A stretch of 36,102 nt of DNA. Origin: Candidatus Aenigmatarchaeota archaeon. Its GTDB lineage: Archaea > Aenigmatarchaeota > Aenigmatarchaeia > QMZP01. A program made the translations under genes and the position numbers. The stretch lies in contig DAOUYM010000001.1 of assembly GCA_030666115.1 (NCBI GenBank), forward strand, positions 1-36,102, read 5' to 3'. Below are positions 25,139 to 32,373 of this stretch, piece by piece. Within the stretch, counting starts at the first letter, position 1, and every line of letters starts with the position of its first letter. Below the pieces are notes generated by a model. The model ran no database searches, was not told where the DNA came from, and saw only the letters and a list, made by a program, of their open reading frames with translations.

Positions 25139-26227
25139 TTATTTATTTTCCTTCTTTTCCTCTTTTTTATCCTTCTTATGATCATCTTTCTTTTTGTCGT
25201 CTTTCTTTTTATCCTGTTTAGCATTATCTTTCTTGGCTTCTTCCTCTCCTTTGGGCTTCTCCTCTTTCGGCTTTTCTTCCTTCTCCTTGGATTTCGCTTC
25301 TTCCTTTTTCTCTTCCTTGGGTTCGTCTTTCTTTGGTTCCTCCTTGGTCTCTGCGGACTCTTTGGGTGCTTCTGGAGTTGGGACTGGGGTAGATTCCTTG
25401 ACCATTCCGCTCAGGGCCTCTGCCTGGGCATTGGCCTTGGCAAGAAGCGGCTTGACTGTATCGCTTGTCAGGATATCAGCCTGCACTGCCAGAGCAAAGG
25501 CTTCCTGGTGTGCCTTGGACAGGAAGAACGGCAGATTCTCCTTGGTGTAGTACATGGCATTGTATGCCAGATTGAAAGCATTAGTGCTTGCAGCCTTGAG
25601 GTCATTCAGATACTTCTCGGGTGGCGTGAACAACAGGCTCTTGTCATAGACGCAACCGTTCTCCCAGGCAGCTGTCAGGTTCAGTCCGATCTCCATTGGC
25701 TCCACTCCAAGCTTGGCCAGAACGTCTGCCAGCCCCTTATCTATCACATCGCCTTCCTTCGCCACTATAGTATCCTTGGTAACGCTTATCTTCTCACCCT
25801 CGACAGAAGCAGGTATCTTGACCCGCTGGAGCTCACCTATAACAGGTCCTGGTGGCAGAGAGGTCGGACCTGCCTTGATCACTATATCTATCGGAGCGAT
25901 ATCCCCCCCTTTTGCAAAGGCCTTGGATTTGGAAGCAGCTATGATCTTGGAGAGTTTGAAAGGGTTGGTACTGCTGAACAGAAAAGCTGGCTCTCCCTCA
26001 ACGTACTTGTCCAGTTTCTCTATCCCCTTCAATCCACAGTCCTTCAGCGCGAGCTTTATGATTCTCTTCTTGACCATCCTTATGACTGCGTCCTGCCTTA
26101 GCTTGTTCTTGATCTCGAACAACTGCCTTGCAGGAAGCTTGAACATGTCAATTATTCCTATCACTGGGTATTTCTTCAGGTCCTCATTGACTTCCTTCAG
26201 TATCTGCTTCTTTTTCTCTGATACCAT
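25139..26227 (-). CDS. rplP0: Ribosomal stalk protein P0 (L10) with an atypical Lys/Glu/Asp-rich C-terminus
   Basis: 362 aa with an L10-type N-terminal domain (YPVIGIIDMFKLPARQLFEIKNKLR). It occupies the position between rpl1 and P1. The tail runs ...KEEPKKDEPKEEKKEEAKSKEKEEKPKEEKPKGEEEAKKDNAKQDKKKDDKKKDDHKKDKKEEKKENK. Confidence 0.9.
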   Translation of the reverse strand: MVSEKKKQILKEVNEDLKKYPVIGIIDMFKLPARQLFEIKNKLRQDAVIRMVKKRIIKLALKDCGLKGIEKLDKYVEGEPAFLFSSTNPFKLSKIIAASKSKAFAKGGDIAPIDIVIKAGPTSLPPGPVIGELQRVKIPASVEGEKISVTKDTIVAKEGDVIDKGLADVLAKLGVEPMEIGLNLTAAWENGCVYDKSLLFTPPEKYLNDLKAASTNAFNLAYNAMYYTKENLPFFLSKAHQEAFALAVQADILTSDTVKPLLAKANAQAEALSGMVKESTPVPTPEAPKESAETKEEPKKDEPKEEKKEEAKSKEKEEKPKEEKPKGEEEAKKDNAKQDKKKDDKKKDDHKKDKKEEKKENK

Positions 26228-26238
26228 TTCAATCTTAT

Positions 26239-26877
26239 TTAACCTCCGAAATCTATCCTTATCGATTTGCCCATGGTGAGCTTAAGGTACATGGACTTTA
26301 TGTTGGTCCTTCCCTTGGGAAGCTTGTCCTTTATGGCGTTGTAAACAGCCTCCACGTTCCTTGCAATCTTCTCGTCCTCCATCTTGTCTGTTCCCACAGA
26401 AACATGAACAACCGGGCTGTCCTTGATTGTAATCCTTATGGATTTCCTGGCCTTCATCACAAACGGCAGAATGTCGATCTTGGGTGGTACAGGCTTCGGA
26501 ACCTTGCCCCTTGGTCCCAATATCACACCAAAACTCTTTCCTATCAGAGGCATCAGCGAAATCTCCCCAAAGAACCAGTCGTAGTCGTTAGCGATCTTCT
26601 TTAACTCCTTCTTGTTCTTGACAAGGCCTGGTATTTCTGCCTTCTTTATAACCAGGTCAGCGTGCTTCTTGGCCTCGTTTTCCAGGGTATCAGCTATGAA
26701 CACGACCTTAAGGTCCTTGCCTCTACCCTCTGGTAGCATGAACTCGAAATTGAACCTGTTTTCAGGCCTCTTAAGATTAAGCCCTTTCAGGTTAACAGAA
26801 AAATCCCAGGTTTGTGTGAACTTCCTGGCCCTTGAACCTTCTCTTGCTTCCTTTATCTTATCAATAATCTTCTGCAT
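26239..26877 (-). CDS. rpl1: Ribosomal protein L1
   Basis: MQKIIDKIKEAREG..., then MPLIGKSFGVILGPRGKVPKP. I prefer ATG 26877 because the strong SD GGAGGA lies 4 nt upstream (GCAGGAGGATAATATG). ATG 26907 from the track is the alternative. Confidence 0.92.
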   Translation of the reverse strand: MQKIIDKIKEAREGSRARKFTQTWDFSVNLKGLNLKRPENRFNFEFMLPEGRGKDLKVVFIADTLENEAKKHADLVIKKAEIPGLVKNKKELKKIANDYDWFFGEISLMPLIGKSFGVILGPRGKVPKPVPPKIDILPFVMKARKSIRITIKDSPVVHVSVGTDKMEDEKIARNVEAVYNAIKDKLPKGRTNIKSMYLKLTMGKSIRIDFGG

Positions 26878-27013
26878 ATTATCCTCCTGCCTAGGCAGTA
26901 AACCCATAAGGGCATAACGGACTGAATATGATCAGATTATATGTTTGAATGAAGGTATTTAAACGTTTTCTGTGCTGTATGTCGTGTAATTCCTATATGT
27001 TAACTATCTCGCC

Positions 27014-27715
27014 TTAAAGGCCCAGAACGTAGTGGGTTGCTCTTCCCTTACCCTTCCTCTTCACGAAACCCTTCTTGATGAGTTCGTTGAGCTCCCTAAG
27101 GGCGGTCTTGTCACGAACCCTGAAGGTCTTCACGTAGTTTGATGTGGTGATTTTCCTGTTCTTCCTTATCATCTTCAGTGCCCTGAACTGTCTCTCAGAG
27201 ACATCAAAGACCTTCTTTTCAATCATCCTTCTCTCTTTGACCAGAAGTTTAGCCAGCTTGTCAACTCTGTTCATAAGGACCTTCTCCCTTCCAAGTTCCT
27301 TTGAGGTCTTGTTGAGCTTGTTTTCTACCTCTATGATCTTCCTCACAACATCCCTGTAGTTGTTCTCTATCTTGTCACCCATCTCAGCCCTCTTCTTGTC
27401 CAGGTGATGGAGCCTGTTCTCGTGGGTGCTCTTGAGGTGCTTGGTGAAATCATAACTGTGGCTCAGCCATTCCATGACATTGTCTATGTCCTCTGATACC
27501 CTTTCCTGTTCTTTTTTCAGGTTCTTGCTGAATATCTCCTCTCCCAGCTTGTAAAGACCGATTATGACCAGGAACATGCCCAGAAGTACATCTATGTAAA
27601 ACACATTCACTACTATGCCTGATATCAGTGTAGTGCCGAGTATGAGGAACATCAACCAGAATATTCTGTTCCTGTGCGTACCCAGTCCGTAGATTAGCCT
27701 GTTTTCCTCATTCAT
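27014..27715 (-). CDS. Membrane-anchored coiled-coil protein with a C-terminal winged-helix DNA-binding domain
   Basis: Two N-terminal TM segments (IFWLMFLILGTTLISGIVVNVFYI and LLGMFLVIIGLYKL) precede a long charged helical region. The C-terminus ITTSNYVKTFRVRDKTALRELNELIKKGFVKRKGKGRATHYVL fits a wHTH. It has its own BRE/TATA. Confidence 0.75.
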   Translation of the reverse strand: MNEENRLIYGLGTHRNRIFWLMFLILGTTLISGIVVNVFYIDVLLGMFLVIIGLYKLGEEIFSKNLKKEQERVSEDIDNVMEWLSHSYDFTKHLKSTHENRLHHLDKKRAEMGDKIENNYRDVVRKIIEVENKLNKTSKELGREKVLMNRVDKLAKLLVKERRMIEKKVFDVSERQFRALKMIRKNRKITTSNYVKTFRVRDKTALRELNELIKKGFVKRKGKGRATHYVLGL

Positions 27716-27736
27716 GTAGCTATCTTATAGTAAAAA

Positions 27737-27750
27737 CATTTAAAGCTTTT
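27737..27750 (-). promoter_or_regulatory. Candidate BRE/TATA for the wHTH gene
   Basis: The minus strand reads AAAAGCTTTAAATG, ending about 22 nt upstream of ATG 27715, consistent with a leaderless mRNA. Confidence 0.45.
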
Positions 27751-27818
27751 GGTAGGCCAAAACACCATATTATTGGATTATTTCTGCTTTATTCTTGTTA
27801 CATCATCGGTTTTAGTAT

Positions 27819-27826
27819 GAAAAACG
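27819..27826 (-). terminator. Candidate oligo-T terminator after rpl11
   Basis: The minus strand reads CGTTTTTC about 30 nt downstream of the rpl11 stop. Confidence 0.3.
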
Positions 27827-27854
27827 AAGAACTTTTAAGCGTCATGTTTCGGTT

Positions 27855-28481
27855 TTATTTTTTCTCGGATTCCTTCTTTTCGTCCTTCTTCTCTTCGGAC
27901 TTGGACTCGGGCTTGGCTTCAGGCTTGTCTTCTCCTTCCTTAGCCTCTTCCTTCTCCTCACCCTCTGATGGAGCCTCGCCCTCTACTGCCTTTTCTGCTT
28001 CCTTAGCTGCCTTGGCTTCCTCAGCAGCTGCCTTCTCTTCCTCGTACTTCTGGATCTCTTCTTCTGTAACAGCACCCTCGCCAACGGTTATTCCCATGCT
28101 CCTGCAGGATCCTTTGACCTGATTCACAAACGCTTCATCATCACTTCCAAACTTCTGCCTGGCAATCTTCTTGGCCTGTTCAACTGTAAGGTCGCCGACC
28201 CTCTTCTTTCCGGGCTCTTCAGAAGCTTTAGCAAGACCTAGCTCCTTCTTAACCAGGGCTGCTATTGGAGGTGACCCCACCTCAACCTCAAACTCCCTGG
28301 TCTCGGTGTCAATAGTAACCTTGACTGGAACCTTCATTCCTGCAAGGTCCTTGGTCTTTTCATTTATCTTGGCTATCACATCTCCGATGTTGACCTTGAG
28401 TGGCCCTAAAGCAGGTCCTAGAGGCGGGCCTGCCGATGCCTTGCCACCTTCGACCATTGCATCGACTGTCTGTTTAGCCAT
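27855..28481 (-). CDS. rpl11: Ribosomal protein L11 with a roughly 70-aa charged C-terminal extension
   Basis: MAKQTVDAMVEGGKASAGPPLGPALGPLKVNI is the L11 N-terminal signature. ATG 28481 matches orthologue N-termini, and the track alternative is 28490. The tail reads EEEIQKYEEEKAAAEEAKAAKEAEKAVEGEAPSEGEEKEEAKEGEDKPEAKPESKSEEKKDEKKESEKK. Confidence 0.92.
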   Translation of the reverse strand: MAKQTVDAMVEGGKASAGPPLGPALGPLKVNIGDVIAKINEKTKDLAGMKVPVKVTIDTETREFEVEVGSPPIAALVKKELGLAKASEEPGKKRVGDLTVEQAKKIARQKFGSDDEAFVNQVKGSCRSMGITVGEGAVTEEEIQKYEEEKAAAEEAKAAKEAEKAVEGEAPSEGEEKEEAKEGEDKPEAKPESKSEEKKDEKKESEKK

Positions 28482-28486
28482 AGAAA

Positions 28487-29662
28487 TCATTCCTCGTTCT
28501 CTTCTTTCTTCTCTTTTTTCTTCGCCTCTTCTCTACCCTCTTCTTCAGTTCCTTCGGTTTCAGCCTCTTTGGTTTCAGCCTCTTTGGTTGGCTCCTGTGA
28601 CGGCTCAGGGGTTTCTTGAGCTGGTTCTTCCTGTACTGGTTCCTCCTGTACCGGCTCCTTTTGTTCTGCTTCAGGTTCTGGTTCCGGCTCTGGCTCGGGT
28701 GTTGGTGTTGGTTCGGGCTCGGGTTTTAATTCAGTTTCCGGTTCAGGTGCTTCAGGAATTGTTTCAGTCGGTTCGGTGGGTTCGGTGGGTTCGGTGGGTT
28801 CAGTGGATTCGATTGGTTCACTTGGTTCAGTTGGTTCCTTGGCTTCCTCGGCTGGCTCATCGACCGGCTTCTCGATCGTTTCCTCGGCCGTCTCATCGGC
28901 TGTCTCCTCTATTGGTGGCTCCTGTACGGGTTCCTGTGCCGGTTCCTCTGCCCGGGTTTCGGGCTCTTCTATTGGGGATTCTTCTGGCGCTTCTGCTGGA
29001 ACCTCCTCTACTGTCTCCTCTTTGGACGTCTCTGGGGGTTCCGCCGGCTTCTCTTCAGACGTCTCCGGCTCATCAATATCAAAAACTGACTTCTCCTCTT
29101 CTGCTGGCGTCTCTTTTGAGGCCTCTTCTGATTCCTCTTTCTCCGGTTCAGACGACCCGGTTTCAGCGGGTCTTGTCTCTACCCTGATGTCCTCCTTTGG
29201 CTCTTCCTTGTCCTCTTCCGCATCACTTGGACCTCTTTTTATGATCTTTATGAACTCAGTCGCAATCGTGACTGGTATTGGGATGGAAGCGTCCATCAGC
29301 TCGATTGTAACTTCGTCTTTTACAGGATCAACCCTGGTCACCTTCCCGTTCTCCCCTCTGAACGGTCCGCCAATAATCTCAACCACACTTTCCTTATTAA
29401 CCCTTATCCTGTCTTTCTTGAGCTCCAGGAAGTGCTTTATTTCATCAAGGTTGATGGGTTTCTCTATTATCCCTCTTATGTGCATCAGTCCCTGGACAGC
29501 CTTGTGTATGGCCCCGGAACTGCCCTCTGCAAAAACATAACCCTTTATCTCTGCCGGGTGAACTATCGCCTTAACAGGGAGGTTTTGTGTCCTGACATTG
29601 CTTGACATTATGTCAATCACAATATCCTCTCTCCCTGAAGTAGTTCTTACAGCATATATCAT
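28487..29662 (-). CDS. spt5: Transcription elongation factor Spt5 (NusG homologue) with a roughly 245-aa acidic Pro/Glu/Thr-rich C-terminal tail
   Basis: The NGN domain begins MIYAVRTTSGREDIVIDIM, and the KOW is GGPFRGENGKVTRVDPVKDEVTIEL. The track start 29671 is a GTG inside the SD AGGTG, and ATG 29662 lies 6 nt after that SD. The tail is encoded by nt about 29225-28490. Confidence 0.9.
   Translation of the reverse strand: MIYAVRTTSGREDIVIDIMSSNVRTQNLPVKAIVHPAEIKGYVFAEGSSGAIHKAVQGLMHIRGIIEKPINLDEIKHFLELKKDRIRVNKESVVEIIGGPFRGENGKVTRVDPVKDEVTIELMDASIPIPVTIATEFIKIIKRGPSDAEEDKEEPKEDIRVETRPAETGSSEPEKEESEEASKETPAEEEKSVFDIDEPETSEEKPAEPPETSKEETVEEVPAEAPEESPIEEPETRAEEPAQEPVQEPPIEETADETAEETIEKPVDEPAEEAKEPTEPSEPIESTEPTEPTEPTEPTETIPEAPEPETELKPEPEPTPTPEPEPEPEPEAEQKEPVQEEPVQEEPAQETPEPSQEPTKEAETKEAETEGTEEEGREEAKKKEKKEENEE
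28556..28843. repeat. Cluster of in-frame tandem mini-repeats within the Spt5 tail
   Basis: - 15-nt unit ggtttcagcctcttt x2, perfect (28556-28585)
- 15-nt unit ctggttc(t/c)tcctgta x2, plus a degenerate third copy (28621-28665)
- hexamer-like PE/PT-coding repeats (about 28675-28725)
- 9-nt unit ttcggtggg and variants, about 9 copies (28763-28843), encoding TEP repeats. Confidence 0.85.
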
Positions 29663-29663
29663 A

Positions 29664-29867
29664 TCAAACACCTGGCAATCCTAAAAGATTCGGGACAAGT
29701 ACTGCAATTAAGAATATCAGGAATCCCACTATCCCTATAAGAACGATTCCGAGAGCACATATCTTCGTGGAAGTAAGGAATTCCTCCTTCCCGGGCTTCC
29801 TTGAAATACGCAGAACCCGTCTATACTCCCTTATTTTCTCTTTTATGTTTATGTTCATTATGTTCAT
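29664..29867 (-). CDS. secE: Protein translocase subunit SecE (Sec61 gamma)
   Basis: 67 aa, with a basic N-terminus (KEKIREYRRVLRISRKPGKEEF) and a single C-terminal TM helix ICALGIVLIGIVGFLIFLIAVLV. It sits in the conserved position just upstream of spt5, with its stop 1 nt before the spt5 ATG. Confidence 0.85.
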   Translation of the reverse strand: MNIMNINIKEKIREYRRVLRISRKPGKEEFLTSTKICALGIVLIGIVGFLIFLIAVLVPNLLGLPGV

Positions 29868-29950
29868 ATCAATCCCTGTTTGTTAAAAGATATATATAAG
29901 TGTTGCTTTTTTAATGTTTTGTCTCGGTTGCTTTTAAATAAAGACCAAGG

Positions 29951-31015
29951 CTAGATGTTCCTCTCGATCAGGAAGTCTGCAAACGCCTTCAGCTTCTTCT
30001 TGGCCTCGGATTCCTCAAGAATCGGTTCTATCTCCTTCCAGGCATCTGATACCAGGTTCCTGGCAACCCCCTTCGCATACCTTATCGAATCATACTTCTT
30101 CAGGATATCCAGCGCCTCCTTTATCATGGCATTGTCCCTCGTATGCGTTCCCAGGATCTCGATAAGGCGCTTCCTGTCCTTTTCGTCTGCCTTCTTAAGG
30201 GTGTGGATCACCATGAGCGTACGCTTGCCCTCTGTAATGTCGTCACCATATCCTTTCTTCTTCTGGAATTCCTCACCGCTTGCACTGAGTATGTCGTCCT
30301 GTATCTGGAACGCCACGCCAATGGACTCAGCGAACATTCCTATCTTCTCCTCCTGTTCCTCGGTCCCTCCGGAAAGCGCAACAGCGAGCTTGACTGACAT
30401 CCTGGCAAGTGTTCCTGTCTTGCAGGAGCACATCTGCAGGTATTGCTTCTCTGTCACCCCATCCACTTTGCCCTTATGCCACCAGATATCCAGCCCCTGG
30501 CCAAGACTCAGGCTTATCATATCCATGATGTATATTTCGTACGCCCTGACAAGGGTTTCGGAATCGAACCTGTCCTTGTTCTTAATTAGTATCGAAAACG
30601 GGATGTAGTACATGAAGTTTCCTGTGTTTATCGCGACGTCCGTCCCGTATATCTTATGTGTAGAGGGCTTGCCTCTCCTCATCTCTGAGAGATCTTCAAC
30701 ATCATCAATCATCAGGGTTCCGTTGTGAATTATCTCTGGTATTACGACAAAATCCTGTATCTTCTCCGTATCCCCGCCAAGGGCCTCTGCAACCAGAAGG
30801 AACAGAACAGGTCTCCACCTCTTGCCTCCCCTGTTGAGCAGGTCCCAGACAGGTTCTGTTATTGACTTGTTTATGGAGTCTATGTCGTATTCGTATCTGG
30901 TCTTGCCAAGTATATTGTCAATGTAATCACTATCCAGCACATTGGGGAAGTGTTCTCTTATCTTTGCGTCTATTACGTGCCTTTTCTCCTCAAGGAACTT
31001 GATTATGTCATCCAT
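29951..31015 (-). CDS. idsA: Geranylgeranyl diphosphate synthase (short-chain trans-prenyl diphosphate synthase)
   Basis: The first Asp-rich motif is LMIDDVEDLSEMRRGKP and the second is FQIQDDILS. 354 aa. Confidence 0.88.
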   Translation of the reverse strand: MDDIIKFLEEKRHVIDAKIREHFPNVLDSDYIDNILGKTRYEYDIDSINKSITEPVWDLLNRGGKRWRPVLFLLVAEALGGDTEKIQDFVVIPEIIHNGTLMIDDVEDLSEMRRGKPSTHKIYGTDVAINTGNFMYYIPFSILIKNKDRFDSETLVRAYEIYIMDMISLSLGQGLDIWWHKGKVDGVTEKQYLQMCSCKTGTLARMSVKLAVALSGGTEEQEEKIGMFAESIGVAFQIQDDILSASGEEFQKKKGYGDDITEGKRTLMVIHTLKKADEKDRKRLIEILGTHTRDNAMIKEALDILKKYDSIRYAKGVARNLVSDAWKEIEPILEESEAKKKLKAFADFLIERNI

Positions 31016-31085
31016 GCTTTCATTTGGAATGGAAAGTTTTAAAAGTGTAAGGAAAGTTTATTAACCCCGAAAATAAATACAGAAT

Positions 31086-31763
31086 ATGGTTATAAGCAGG
31101 ACAGAGTCTGGAATACCTGGTCTGGATAACCTTATAAACGGTGGTTTCATCCGGGATTCTGTTGTTCTGGTAACAGGTGAGGCAGGAACAGGGAAAACGA
31201 TATTCTGTTCACAGTTTCTCTGGCACGGACTTAAGAAAGGGGAGACGTGCATATTCATAACCCTGGAGGAGAACCCAGAGGACATAAAGGAAGACGTCAA
31301 GACGTTCGGATGGGACTTTGATAAATACGAGCAAAAGGGACTTTTCAGGCTGATTTACCACGACCCGGCACAGGTGAACAACCTGGGATCAGTGATAATA
31401 GATGAGATAAAGAGTCTGAAGGCCAAGAGGCTGGTCATAGACTCAACCTCCCTGATAGGAATGAACATACAGGACGTGTCCCAGGTAAGGAAGATACTCT
31501 ACAACGTAATCAATGTGATAAAGAAGAGCAATTGCACTGCACTCATAACAGCAGAGATACCAGAGGGCACGAAGGGACTGTCGAGGTTCGGGGTTGAGGA
31601 GTTCGTGGTTGATGGTATTATTGTTCTGAACTACCTGGAATATGCAGCAGGCGGCCTGGACAGGTCATTAATCGTGAGGAAAATGAGAAGAACCGACCAT
31701 GGAAAAGATATTTATCCTGTGGGGATAGGTCCGAAAGGGGTTACAGTAAAACCAGTTGAATGA
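31086..31763 (+). CDS. KaiC-like / RecA-superfamily ATPase
   Basis: SGIPGLDNLINGGF, Walker A GEAGTGKT and Walker B-like KRLVIDS. 225-aa single domain. Confidence 0.85.
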   Translation: MVISRTESGIPGLDNLINGGFIRDSVVLVTGEAGTGKTIFCSQFLWHGLKKGETCIFITLEENPEDIKEDVKTFGWDFDKYEQKGLFRLIYHDPAQVNNLGSVIIDEIKSLKAKRLVIDSTSLIGMNIQDVSQVRKILYNVINVIKKSNCTALITAEIPEGTKGLSRFGVEEFVVDGIIVLNYLEYAAGGLDRSLIVRKMRRTDHGKDIYPVGIGPKGVTVKPVE

Positions 31764-31835
31764 TTGTTTCTTGTGGGGTGTGAATAATTTTATAAGCTAC
31801 AAAATCATTAATATTATAACCAGGTGATCGTTATT

Positions 31836-32357
31836 GTGAAGGTAAAAGAGATAATGAAGAAATCTGTTATAACAATTGATCCTGGCCTGACAATATACGA
31901 CGTGGCCAAGATAATGACCAACAACAAGATAGGTTCTGTTATAATAATGGATAAGTCAAAGCCGGTGGGCATAGTCACTGACGATGATATAGTTGGGACC
32001 ATTGCCATGGGGAAGGATCCCAAGAAGATCAGGGTTGATAAGCTCAAGAAAAGGCTGAGGTTCGTCACCGCGTCCCCTGATGATAATGTACTAAAGGTGA
32101 CCAAGAAGATGGTCAAGACAGGGATTAAGAGAGTTCCTGTGATAGAGAAAGGCAAGCTTGTTGGTATAGTCTCTGACAAGGAGCTTCTGCTCATATCGCC
32201 AGAACTCATAAATATTCTGTCAGAGAAGCTGAAGATCAGGGTTGATTCTGTTGCACAGGTTGACCAGGAAATATCAGGGATATGTGAAAGATGCGAAGCC
32301 TACTCAGACAACCTCAGGAACATTGACGGTAGATGGTTCTGCGAGGATTGTAGGTAA
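31836..32357 (+). CDS. CBS-domain pair protein with a C-terminal four-Cys zinc ribbon
   Basis: (M)KVKEIMKKSVITIDP... makes two CBS repeats, ending CERCEAYSDNLRNIDGRWFCEDC. The track start GTG 31824 lies inside a perfect SD AGGTGATC (31822-31829), and GTG 31836 follows that SD by 6 nt. ATG 31854 is a further alternative. Confidence 0.8.
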   Translation: MKVKEIMKKSVITIDPGLTIYDVAKIMTNNKIGSVIIMDKSKPVGIVTDDDIVGTIAMGKDPKKIRVDKLKKRLRFVTASPDDNVLKVTKKMVKTGIKRVPVIEKGKLVGIVSDKELLLISPELINILSEKLKIRVDSVAQVDQEISGICERCEAYSDNLRNIDGRWFCEDCR

Positions 32358-32373
32358 CGTGGTTAACTATGGT

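Noticed and set aside
25139-25260. A frameshift hiding a canonical P0 C-terminal L-F-G-type motif
   Set aside because: I translated the other two frames of the last roughly 120 nt and the downstream spacer by hand. Neither encodes such a motif before the P1 start.
25178-26279. Plus-strand ORFs of 307, 118 and 188 aa opposite the P0 gene
   Set aside because: They are antisense shadows of a confidently identified ribosomal protein gene. The predicted products are Phe/Leu/Ser-rich nonsense.
28556-28843. Possible CRISPR-like or non-coding repeat array
   Set aside because: Repeat units are 9 or 15 nt and directly tandem, with no spacers. They lie in frame within a coding tail. No cas genes are present in the window.
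28171-29540. Long plus-strand ORFs (28171..29187 at 338 aa, 28776..29540 at 254 aa) opposite the spt5/rpl11 tails
   Set aside because: These are shadow ORFs produced by GA/CT-rich low-complexity coding on the minus strand. Their products are Ser/Leu/Pro low complexity with no start context. The minus-strand genes have clear NGN/KOW and L11 signatures.
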